In this document: piece after piece, positions 35,520 to 43,180 of the stretch | Layout of the letters: each line of letters starts with the position of its first letter | Position numbering within the stretch: the first letter of the stretch is position 1 | From: Candidatus Aenigmatarchaeota archaeon | GTDB lineage: Archaea > Aenigmatarchaeota > Aenigmatarchaeia > QMZP01 > JAFGSV01 | Length of the DNA: 64,000 bases | Reading direction: 5' to 3' | Assembly (NCBI GenBank): GCA_016934325.1 | Contig: JAFGSV010000019.1 | Location: 1,197-65,196, forward strand | Translations under genes and position numbers: made by a program | The notes under the pieces: model-generated | Told to the model about the DNA's origin: nothing | The model's database searches: none | The model's input: only the letters and a program-made list of their open reading frames with translations

Positions 35520-36389
35520 TCATCTTGCCTTCTTTTTCATCTTCTTCCTCAGCACGACCTCCGTGTGCGGGTAGGCGAACTCGACGTCGATTGCCCTGTT
35601 GATGCCCCTGAATATCTCCTGGGTCAGGTCGCTGACCACCCTTATCCTCTCGCTCGCCTTCACATAATATCTGGTCTTCACGTCGATGCCCGACGGCTGG
35701 AAGTAAGTTCTGATGTAAGGAGGCTTCGGCATGCCCGGCCCGAAATCCTGTGTCACCTTATCTATAGCGTCTTGGCATATCTTTATCGCCTTATCTAGAT
35801 TGCTATCGTAGGTGACGGTAATCACGACCTGGTCCAGGATGTACTCGTCCATCATCGTGTAGTTGATGATGTTCTGCTCGAACAGGATCGAGTTGGGCAG
35901 CAATATGACCCTGCCGGAGATCTCCTCGGTGGCTATCGTTCCTCCGATCTCCCGCAGACATATGTGCGTCAGCGTGATGTCTATCACGTCACCCTTCACG
36001 GCACCGATCTCGATCCTGTCCCCGATCTGGAAAGGCTTCTTGATGACCACAAGAAGGTATCCAGCGATTCCCGTTATGGGCTTCTGCAAGGCCCATCCCA
36101 AGGCCGCCGTCATGAGCCCCGCCCATAAACCGAGGCCCGCGATGTCTCCGCCAAGGTAGAAGATGAGCCCTATGATTATTATGATGGTGAAGGCGTACTT
36201 CCAGATGCTGAGGAACACTAGGGCGTTGTTCTTCTGATTCTTCGTCTTGGCCTTGGAAATCAAGGCTCTCCTTAATGCCGCCGTGATCACCTTGTATATG
36301 GCGAACGAGACGGCTAAAATCAGCAGCAAGTAGAAGAAGGTCGGGAAAGATTGGAATATGCCCTGGATGAAAGCCAAATAGTCTGCCAT
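35520..36389 (-). CDS. MscS-family mechanosensitive channel
   Basis: Three N-terminal TM helices, then KPFQIGDRIEIGAVKGDVIDITLTHICLRE...ILLPNS. This is the MscS beta-domain signature. Confidence 0.8.
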   Translation of the reverse strand: MADYLAFIQGIFQSFPTFFYLLLILAVSFAIYKVITAALRRALISKAKTKNQKNNALVFLSIWKYAFTIIIIIGLIFYLGGDIAGLGLWAGLMTAALGWALQKPITGIAGYLLVVIKKPFQIGDRIEIGAVKGDVIDITLTHICLREIGGTIATEEISGRVILLPNSILFEQNIINYTMMDEYILDQVVITVTYDSNLDKAIKICQDAIDKVTQDFGPGMPKPPYIRTYFQPSGIDVKTRYYVKASERIRVVSDLTQEIFRGINRAIDVEFAYPHTEVVLRKKMKKKAR

Positions 36390-36444
36390 GATACTCTATT
36401 GCCCAATATTAGTTATATGTGTAAAAAAATGGCATTTCAGGGCG

Positions 36445-36927
36445 TCATTCCCACAGGACGAAATTCACCTTCACGATCCTCTCATCATATATCGCGTAGC
36501 GCTCGATAGGGACTACGATGGGCGAGGCCGTGCTAACCGGAGTGGTGGTGTTCGCGTAGACCGTGCCGTTGATGTCCCTGACCTCGAAATAGAAGTCGTG
36601 CAATCCTATGTCCATCAGGCCTTTCAGTTGGTCCTCGTCAACGATGCTCATGTCGATGAAGAGCCCAACCTTGCTCACGTCAAGCACATTCTGGTCCTGC
36701 GCCAGGCCAACGACCTCCACGGTGCTCTCGTTCCAGTCAAGGGGTATGCCCCTGGTCCTTATCAGGGAATCGGACAATGCCAGGGCCTTCACCTGCAGGT
36801 CCTTCATCGCCTGGTTCTCCAGCGCGTTCACGCTGATGTAGTTCCATGCGAATATGACCGCGAAGAGAGAGGTCATGAAAATGACGAGGGAAAGCGCGAA
36901 ATCCAGCGACCATACCTGAGCCTTCAT
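36445..36927 (-). CDS. Type IV pilin-like protein with class III signal peptide (tentative)
   Basis: N-terminus MKAQVWSLDFALSLVIFMTSLFAVIFAW resembles archaeal prepilin leaders (K-[GA]-Q-x-S-L-[ED]-F followed by a hydrophobic helix). The rest is soluble. Confidence 0.5.
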   Translation of the reverse strand: MKAQVWSLDFALSLVIFMTSLFAVIFAWNYISVNALENQAMKDLQVKALALSDSLIRTRGIPLDWNESTVEVVGLAQDQNVLDVSKVGLFIDMSIVDEDQLKGLMDIGLHDFYFEVRDINGTVYANTTTPVSTASPIVVPIERYAIYDERIVKVNFVLWE

Positions 36928-36934
36928 CCAAGCA

Positions 36935-37726
36935 TCACCCGCCTGTTATCCTTTTGGTCGAGTATCCTTTTAACTTCCCTACCCGCACCACCTTGCACGT
37001 GATGCCCGCGCTATTCAGCTGCGCCTTCATGCCCCGCACATCCTGATCGTATCCCATCGCTATCACATCGGGACGCTCCGCTCTGACGACCTTGAGCATG
37101 TCGCGCTCATCACCTATGACGGCCTTGCTCACGAATCCGATCGACCCGACCATCCGAGCCCTGATTCCGGCGGGGAAGAGGAGCTGCTTCCCGGCCTTCA
37201 ATACCGTCTTGTCGCTCGCGACGACCACGACGAGCTCGTCCCCGAGCTCCCTGGCCCTCTCCAGGAAATGGATGTGCCCCGGGTGCACAAGGTTGAAGGC
37301 CCCTCCCGCGAGGACCTTCTTGGGCGCCTTCTTCGTACCGAGCAGCCCGGCCGCGTCCCTGATCATCTCCCTGTGGTCGAAGGCCATCCTGCTGGGCAAC
37401 CTATCCAGAGGGAAGAATCGCACTCCGCAAGAATCGGAGCCGGCGCTCGGCTCGCCATCTTTTATGCTGCACAGGAAAGCTATGGTGACGTTCCCCCGCT
37501 TGTCCCTCTTCGGGTCGTCATAAATCCCAACGGGCATACCGGGCTCGACGACGAGGCCGGTCTCCTCCCTGACCTCCCTGACCAGGGCCTGAATCACGTC
37601 CTCGTTCTTCTCTATGTGCCCGCCGGGAAGCGCATAGTATCCCCTGAAGGGAGGGCTTCCCCTCCTGATGAGCAGTATCCTGCCTTCTTCGATGACTATG
37701 CCGTCAACGGTCAGTGCTCTCGGCAT
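36935..37726 (-). CDS. Nudix hydrolase fused to a RibL-like (FMN adenylyltransferase-type) nucleotidyltransferase
   Basis: Nudix box GGHIEKNEDVIQALVREVREETGL in the N-half. The C-half GGAFNLVHPGHIHFLERARELGDELVVVVASDKTV...PDVIAMGYDQ resembles archaeal RibL (GTFDxLHPGH...LGDELIVIVARD...PDIIxLGxDQ). Confidence 0.75.
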   Translation of the reverse strand: MPRALTVDGIVIEEGRILLIRRGSPPFRGYYALPGGHIEKNEDVIQALVREVREETGLVVEPGMPVGIYDDPKRDKRGNVTIAFLCSIKDGEPSAGSDSCGVRFFPLDRLPSRMAFDHREMIRDAAGLLGTKKAPKKVLAGGAFNLVHPGHIHFLERARELGDELVVVVASDKTVLKAGKQLLFPAGIRARMVGSIGFVSKAVIGDERDMLKVVRAERPDVIAMGYDQDVRGMKAQLNSAGITCKVVRVGKLKGYSTKRITGG

Positions 37727-37876
37727 TTGTTATCACTTCATATCATTTCATTCCTGCTTTGCAGAAAAGACGAATTACACAAGCAATTTCATTTTTTGGA
37801 ATAAAAGCTTTAATTACGGAGAATCTGATTGGAAAGACGATTAGATTATATTATTATATTAAAACAATAATTAATA

Positions 37877-38488
37877 ATGGGACCTGGCAGGTACATGAGA
37901 AAGGCCATACACTGCGCATCGCTCACCAATCCCGCAATCCTCAGCAGCAAGGTCGGTTCTATTGTGGTTGCTGACGGAATAATAATCGGCGAGGGATGCA
38001 AGAAGTTTGCTTACGTCTTCTACGGGAATCCTGACTATGGCAACTCGGTCCTCCATGCCGAGAGGGTCGCTATCGAGAATGCGGAAGGGGGCGCTCATGG
38101 CGCGACGCTCTACACCACACTCGAGCCTTGCTTGCCGCTGGATTATGAGGGGAACCATGACTTCTCCTGCTGCTCGGATCTTATCGCGGAGAGCGGGATA
38201 AAGACGGTTTATATAGGCATGCTGGATCCCAATCGGGATATCAACGGCAGAGGGATGGATTACCTCGCCGAACATGGAGTCAATGCGATCTTGCTCCCCG
38301 GATTCGAAGATATGATCTCCCCGCTACTCGAATATGAACGGTTGCCGTGGAAAACGACCAGAGGTAAGAGCAAGGACTGGAGGCATTTGAAGCCAATCCT
38401 GGGAGACAAGGACACGCATATCCATTGGAGTATCCTGAGAAGGTTGGAGAAAGCCAGGGTAAGAGAGCTGATGAGCGAGTGGGTTTGA
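37877..38488 (+). CDS. CMP/dCMP-type zinc deaminase, RibD-deaminase-like
   Basis: HAERVAIENAEG ... TLYTTLEPCLP...CC ... VYIGMLDPNRDINGRGMDYLAEHGV follows the RibD N-domain pattern. It has an unusually long spacer in the PC...C zinc motif. Confidence 0.65.
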   Translation: MGPGRYMRKAIHCASLTNPAILSSKVGSIVVADGIIIGEGCKKFAYVFYGNPDYGNSVLHAERVAIENAEGGAHGATLYTTLEPCLPLDYEGNHDFSCCSDLIAESGIKTVYIGMLDPNRDINGRGMDYLAEHGVNAILLPGFEDMISPLLEYERLPWKTTRGKSKDWRHLKPILGDKDTHIHWSILRRLEKARVRELMSEWV

Positions 38489-38548
38489 AGGGCTGTCATC
38501 GAGCATTTAGCTGATTCCATTTATTTATCATCCGGGACAAAACTTAAT

Positions 38549-39118
38549 ATGACAGTGGCAAATTCATCGTGGCGCATCGTCGAAGAAACGCTGCCAATAA
38601 TCATCCTCTTCTCCCTGATCGAGCTTTTCACCGGGGGATTCCTCAGCTCGATAGTCAGCGAGGCCGTCAATGCCCCGGGGCTGCTCATCATCGTTCCCGG
38701 GATTCTCGGGCTCAGGGGCAACATATCCTCGGCCCTGGGCGCGCGCATTTCCAGCGGCCTTCACCTCGGCTACATCTCCGCCAACAAGTTCTCCGATGCG
38801 CTCAAGGTCAACATACTGATCGGCATAGCGCTGAGCCTCATCATGTCCTTCCTTCTGTCGATTTTCGCCTGGATGATGTGCTCTTGGACCAGCCCGGTCT
38901 GCATGAGCCTGATCAACTTCGTCCTCATATCAGTCCTGACCGGCCTGCTTTCTGGTGTCATACTGTCCTTCACGACAGCCTCGATCGCCATTCTGAGCAG
39001 CAGAAGGGGCCTGGATCCGGACAACACGACCCTGCCGAGCAGCGCGAGCATAGGGGACGTCATGACGATAATATGCCTGCTGATAGCAGTGAATTTGGTG
39101 GTGGGATTGGGCCTATGA
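38549..39118 (+). CDS. MgtE/SLC41-type divalent-cation transporter membrane domain protein (half 1)
   Basis: PGLLIIVPGILGLRGNISSALGARISSGLHLG and RRGLDPDNTTLPSSASIGDVMTI match the MgtE TM-domain motifs. The stop overlaps the next start (ATGA at 39115-39118). Confidence 0.7.
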   Translation: MTVANSSWRIVEETLPIIILFSLIELFTGGFLSSIVSEAVNAPGLLIIVPGILGLRGNISSALGARISSGLHLGYISANKFSDALKVNILIGIALSLIMSFLLSIFAWMMCSWTSPVCMSLINFVLISVLTGLLSGVILSFTTASIAILSSRRGLDPDNTTLPSSASIGDVMTIICLLIAVNLVVGLGL

Positions 39119-39672
39119 GCTATCTTGATGTCAGGGAGATATTCGAGGAAAGCATTCCGGTGCTGACGCTGACGGCGGCGATAAGCATATTCTCGGGGTT
39201 CTTCCTCAACAACAACGAGGAAGTGCTCAAGTTCCTGCCCGGGCTGCTGATTATAATCCCGTCCTTCATCGCGATCAACGGCAACATCTCGAGCGTGATG
39301 ACGAGCAGGCTGAGCAGCGCGCTGCACATGGGCCTCATAAAGCCCGACTTCAGGAGGACCAGCCTCCTGATGAGGAACTTCTATTCCATGATATTCATAT
39401 CCCTTGTATCATTCCCGGTGCTGGGCCTGATAGCCGGGGGGTTGAACGTCCTGTTCGGCGGCGGGGCGGAGTGCATGCTCGCATTCCTCCTCATCACGTT
39501 CGCGGCTGGGATGACGACGGCCCTCGTCCTCATTTTCGTATCGATGCTGTTCAGCTATCTGACCTACAGGAGGGGCCTGGATCCGGACAACGTCGTGATT
39601 CCCCTCCTGACCACGATAGGCGACCTCGTCGGCATTTCGGTGCTGCTCATAGTCACTGGATTGGTGATTTAG
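39115..39672 (+). CDS. MgtE/SLC41-type divalent-cation transporter membrane domain protein (half 2)
   Basis: PGLLIIIPSFIAINGNISSVMTSRLSSALHMG and RRGLDPDNVVIPLLTTIGDLVGI. The start is set at ATG 39115. Upstream codons of track ORF 38569..39672 are an out-of-frame overlap of half 1. Confidence 0.7.
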   Translation: MSYLDVREIFEESIPVLTLTAAISIFSGFFLNNNEEVLKFLPGLLIIIPSFIAINGNISSVMTSRLSSALHMGLIKPDFRRTSLLMRNFYSMIFISLVSFPVLGLIAGGLNVLFGGGAECMLAFLLITFAAGMTTALVLIFVSMLFSYLTYRRGLDPDNVVIPLLTTIGDLVGISVLLIVTGLVI

Positions 39673-39710
39673 TAAACAATTTAAATCGTGACATTAATAA
39701 AAAAGGATAA

Positions 39711-40316
39711 GTGGTGATGCAAATACCAAAAAGCGAATACCAGAGCGAAGAGATTCTCGAAGACCTTCAAAAGGGCAAAAACGTCGTGGACCTTATTGTC
39801 GAAATGAAGAACATGGTGAACCTTGCGATAGCCCTGGGGTTCTCGGCCCTGCTCATGCAGGACAAGAACCTCGTCAAGAAGATACACGAGCTCGAAGAGG
39901 AGATCGACATTAGGCAGTACGAGATAGAGGCGGAGTGCATGCTCGCCAGCAAGACGCCCAAGGACGCGCTCGAGCTGACGTCGGTGATAAGGCTCTCCTC
40001 AGCGATGGAAGACATATCGGACGCGATCAAGGAACTGATCGATTCCCTTTCGAGGGGGATACCGATCCACCCGACGATACTGAAAGGTCTGAAGGACTCT
40101 ATGGAAGTCGCCGACTACGTGGAGATGAAGAAGAAGTCCAAGGCGATCGGGAAGACCCTGGAGGTTTTCACTGAGGGCAAGGTAGAGGTGATCGGCCTGC
40201 GCAGGGACGAGAAATGGATATACCTTCCTAACAGGGAAGAGGTTATCAAGCCCGACGACGTCTTGATAATATCCGGCAGGAGAAAACTGGTATCCGAGAC
40301 GGGCAAGAAGGCCTGA
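39711..40316 (+). CDS. PhoU-like plus TrkA-C (RCK-C) domain regulator, likely partner of the MgtE-like halves
   Basis: The N-half is a helical PhoU-like segment (VEMKNMVNLAIALGFSALLMQDKNLVKKIHELEEEID). The C-half GKTLEVFTEGKVEVIGLRRDEKWIYLPNREEVIKPDDVLIISG is TrkA-C-like. GTG/ATG starts at 39711/39717. Confidence 0.6.
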   Translation: MVMQIPKSEYQSEEILEDLQKGKNVVDLIVEMKNMVNLAIALGFSALLMQDKNLVKKIHELEEEIDIRQYEIEAECMLASKTPKDALELTSVIRLSSAMEDISDAIKELIDSLSRGIPIHPTILKGLKDSMEVADYVEMKKKSKAIGKTLEVFTEGKVEVIGLRRDEKWIYLPNREEVIKPDDVLIISGRRKLVSETGKKA

Positions 40317-40395
40317 GGCCCGTAACCGGATCGGGAATCGGCTTGTCTTCAGTCCCATTTATTCGGGATTCCGATCCTGGCGGCAGCCCTCTGGA

Positions 40396-40554
40396 TCAGG
40401 ACCTTGCCTTCTTGGGCTTCCTCCTGCTCCTCGGGTTCGTGAATGGGGCAGGCATGGATTCCTCAGCCTTCGCCCTCAGAAAATGCAGATAGATGCCCAC
40501 GCCGATGAATGCCAGCGCAGCAATCCCCATGACGAGCAACGCGTAAGTCTCCAT
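40396..40554 (-). CDS. Possible 52-aa single-TM protein (below the ORF-track cutoff)
   Basis: Hand translation of the minus strand gives METYALLVMGIAALAFIGVGIYLHFLRAKAEESMPAPFTNPRSRRKPKKARS-stop. It lies 27 nt downstream of the 865-aa coiled-coil gene. Confidence 0.3.
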   Translation of the reverse strand: METYALLVMGIAALAFIGVGIYLHFLRAKAEESMPAPFTNPRSRRKPKKARS

Positions 40555-40581
40555 CTTCAACCAGCTCCGCCGTTATCGGGC

Positions 40582-43179
40582 TTACTCTTTGTCGGGTTCC
40601 AGGTCCACCAGCATCACCTTCTCCCCGGCCTCTCCCTTCGTCTCGAGCTTGTCGACGTCCCTCCTGATCTCAGCGCTCCTCTCGGTGACCCTGTCCATCT
40701 TCTTCTCGAGCAGGTCCATCCTCATCATCGACCTGGAGAAATCGTTCATCCTCCTCTCCAGCTCCGACAGCTTGGCATCGAGGCCGTTCATCTTGCCGCT
40801 CAGCTCGCCCCTGGTCGTTAGGAAGGCCTTCACCGCGGAATCGAACTTGTCCCGGCCTCCCATCTTCAGAGAGTCGACCTGGCTCCTGGCATCCGCGAGG
40901 CCCTTCGCAAGGCCGGACCTCATCTCCTTCATCTCCTTCCCCAAGTTCCTCGCCCTCTCGTCGATGCCAGCCTGGTTGGCCTTCATGGCCTGCAGCGAAG
41001 CCACGCTCCTCTCGATCTCATCTTTCTCCTCGTCTATGAATCTCAGCCTCTCCTCCAGCCTGCCGAGCGATTCCAGCCTGGTCTTCATCCTCTCCATGCC
41101 CTTAGACGAGGCGGTCATTTCTTTCCTCAAGCCTGCCATGTCGGACCTCATCTTCGACTCGATCGCTTTCGTCTTCTCGCCGAAGCCGGCTTCGATGTTT
41201 TCCCTCAACTGCCGCATGCTGGCCTCCAGGAACTGGACCTTCTCCTCGATCCTCTCGTCAACGGCCGCGCTCTGCGCGTCCTTCGCCTGGTCTATCTCCT
41301 TGAGCCTAATCTGAAGCTTCTCTATGTCCTCGAGCTTCCTGTCGTACTTGGAAAGTTCCGCATGGACGAACGACATGTCCCTCTTGCCGGCCTGCCAGTC
41401 CTTCCTTGCCGACTGCATCTCGAGGTTCAGGGCCTTCAGCTCCTCGGAAAGCTTTGATAATGAAGCCGTGTTGAATCCGGTCTCCCTCTTCAGCGCCGCG
41501 ACATTGTAATCCAGCTTGCCATCGAGGACGGTGCTCGCGCTCTCGATCTTGTCCTGGATGGCCATGTCGGCGCTCTTGGATTCCTTCATGGCGGATTGCA
41601 GTTCGTTCCTGAGCGCGGCTGTCTGACGCAGGACGGGCTTGATCTCGCTGAGGCTGGCGGACAATGACCTTTCCAGCTTCTCTATGTCCCTGATCTTCTG
41701 CCTGAGGGTGCCCAGGGACGCGACCTTCTTGCCGAACTCCAGCTGGCCGGCCCTGAGCCCCGCGGCCGTTTTCGCGAGGTCTGCCTTGATAGCAGCCGCC
41801 TCCCCGGCCAACCTGCCGTCGAGGGATTTGTGCTTCTCATCCAATTTCACGAGGCCTTCCCGGACCTCGGAAACGTCTCCCATCCCTGCGAGGAGGGCAT
41901 CCTTTGCGTCCTCGATCACCTTCACCCTTTCTCTGAGAGCCTCGAGCGACCCGACCCTCTTCGATATCGAAGCCAGGCCGGCCTTGACATCCTGGATCCC
42001 TGCCTTGGATCCCGTCGAGCTGTTCCTGATGTCCCTCATGCCCGCGCTTAGCTTATGCAGCTCCGCCTTAAGCTTCGCGATTCCCGCATGCTCCTGGGCC
42101 AAGGACTTTCCCATGCCCACGAGATCCGCCGACACTCCCGCTTCGAACTGCTTGCCCCTTTCGACCAGCCTCGTCTCCATGGTCCTGCCCTTCTCGGTCA
42201 GGCTGGCCTCGAGAAACTTGAGCCTCTCCTGCAGCTTCGAATCGAGGACCTTGTCCGCGCCCGTGAGCCGGGCATCGATGTCCCTCGTCTTCTGCTCCAA
42301 TAACGCCAGCTTCGCCTTCATCTCCTTGTTGGACTCCACTCCCCTGACGAGGCTCTCCTTGACGGCCTCAAGGTTCTTTATCCGGGACTGCAGCGTGCCG
42401 AGCAGCTCCAGCCTCTTCCTGTCCTGGGCGGCGTGGCCCCTCACTCGCGCGATGCTCGCGCCCTGAGATTCCAGGTCCTTCCTCAGGGCCTGCAGGTCCA
42501 GGGCCGACCTGTCCAGCGCCGCGTCAACTGCCTTGATCGCGAGGCTGTTGCCCCTCATGTCCTTCTGCATGGAAGCCATGTCCGCCGACAGCTTGGATTG
42601 GGCCTGGGCTGCCTTATCCCCTATCGAGGACTCCAGGCCGGAAAGCCTTTCCTTCAGGACGGCGACGCTGCCGCTCAGCGATTCTAGGTCCTGCACCCCC
42701 TTGAGCAGGACCTGCCCCGCCTTCTCTATCTCGCTCACCTTCTCGCGCACAGAAGAGAGGCTGGCTATCCTCTTCTCCAGCCCGTCAAGGTACCTGGTCA
42801 GCGCCTTGTCATCATCCTTGCTCTCCTTCACGCCATGCTGCGCATCCTCCGCCGCGCCCTGGGCGCGCTGGATCCTCTCCCCGACCTCGAGCAGCGCCGT
42901 CTTGTGATCCTCCGAGCGCTTCTCCAGGGCGGAAATGCCGGCCGCGAGCCTCCTCTCGGCATCCCCGATGCCTCCTTCCAGCTCCTTCATCCTCTCGCTC
43001 AGCTTGGCCAGCGATTCGGAAGCGGAGATGGCCCTCTGGGAAACCTCCCTGATCCCGAGCCTGTTCGATTCGACGACCTTGGTAAGCTCGTTTGCCAGAA
43101 CATCATGCTTGGCCTTCAGCTCTTCCTTCTCCCTCTTCAGTTCGGTTATGCCGCTTCTGATCCTTTTGAAGGTGTCCAT
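40582..43179 (-). CDS. Very long coiled-coil protein (865 aa)
   Basis: A/E/K/L/R/S-rich, with no TM or signal peptide. Recurrent signature near residues 139, 258, 409, 487, 616 and 702 (for example VGSLEALRERVKVIEDAKDAL, VASLGTLRQKIRDIEKLERSL, LESLGRLEERLRFIDEEKDEI). The start lies 1 nt after the stop of the upstream gene. Confidence 0.75.
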   Translation of the reverse strand: MDTFKRIRSGITELKREKEELKAKHDVLANELTKVVESNRLGIREVSQRAISASESLAKLSERMKELEGGIGDAERRLAAGISALEKRSEDHKTALLEVGERIQRAQGAAEDAQHGVKESKDDDKALTRYLDGLEKRIASLSSVREKVSEIEKAGQVLLKGVQDLESLSGSVAVLKERLSGLESSIGDKAAQAQSKLSADMASMQKDMRGNSLAIKAVDAALDRSALDLQALRKDLESQGASIARVRGHAAQDRKRLELLGTLQSRIKNLEAVKESLVRGVESNKEMKAKLALLEQKTRDIDARLTGADKVLDSKLQERLKFLEASLTEKGRTMETRLVERGKQFEAGVSADLVGMGKSLAQEHAGIAKLKAELHKLSAGMRDIRNSSTGSKAGIQDVKAGLASISKRVGSLEALRERVKVIEDAKDALLAGMGDVSEVREGLVKLDEKHKSLDGRLAGEAAAIKADLAKTAAGLRAGQLEFGKKVASLGTLRQKIRDIEKLERSLSASLSEIKPVLRQTAALRNELQSAMKESKSADMAIQDKIESASTVLDGKLDYNVAALKRETGFNTASLSKLSEELKALNLEMQSARKDWQAGKRDMSFVHAELSKYDRKLEDIEKLQIRLKEIDQAKDAQSAAVDERIEEKVQFLEASMRQLRENIEAGFGEKTKAIESKMRSDMAGLRKEMTASSKGMERMKTRLESLGRLEERLRFIDEEKDEIERSVASLQAMKANQAGIDERARNLGKEMKEMRSGLAKGLADARSQVDSLKMGGRDKFDSAVKAFLTTRGELSGKMNGLDAKLSELERRMNDFSRSMMRMDLLEKKMDRVTERSAEIRRDVDKLETKGEAGEKVMLVDLEPDKE

Positions 43180-43180
43180 T

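Noticed and set aside
38569-39114. The 5' part of track ORF 38569..39672 (367 aa), suggesting a single long gene
   Set aside because: This part is an R/P/H-rich out-of-frame overlap of the MgtE-like half 1 (38549..39118). The genuine second gene starts at the ATG at 39115, which overlaps the stop of half 1.
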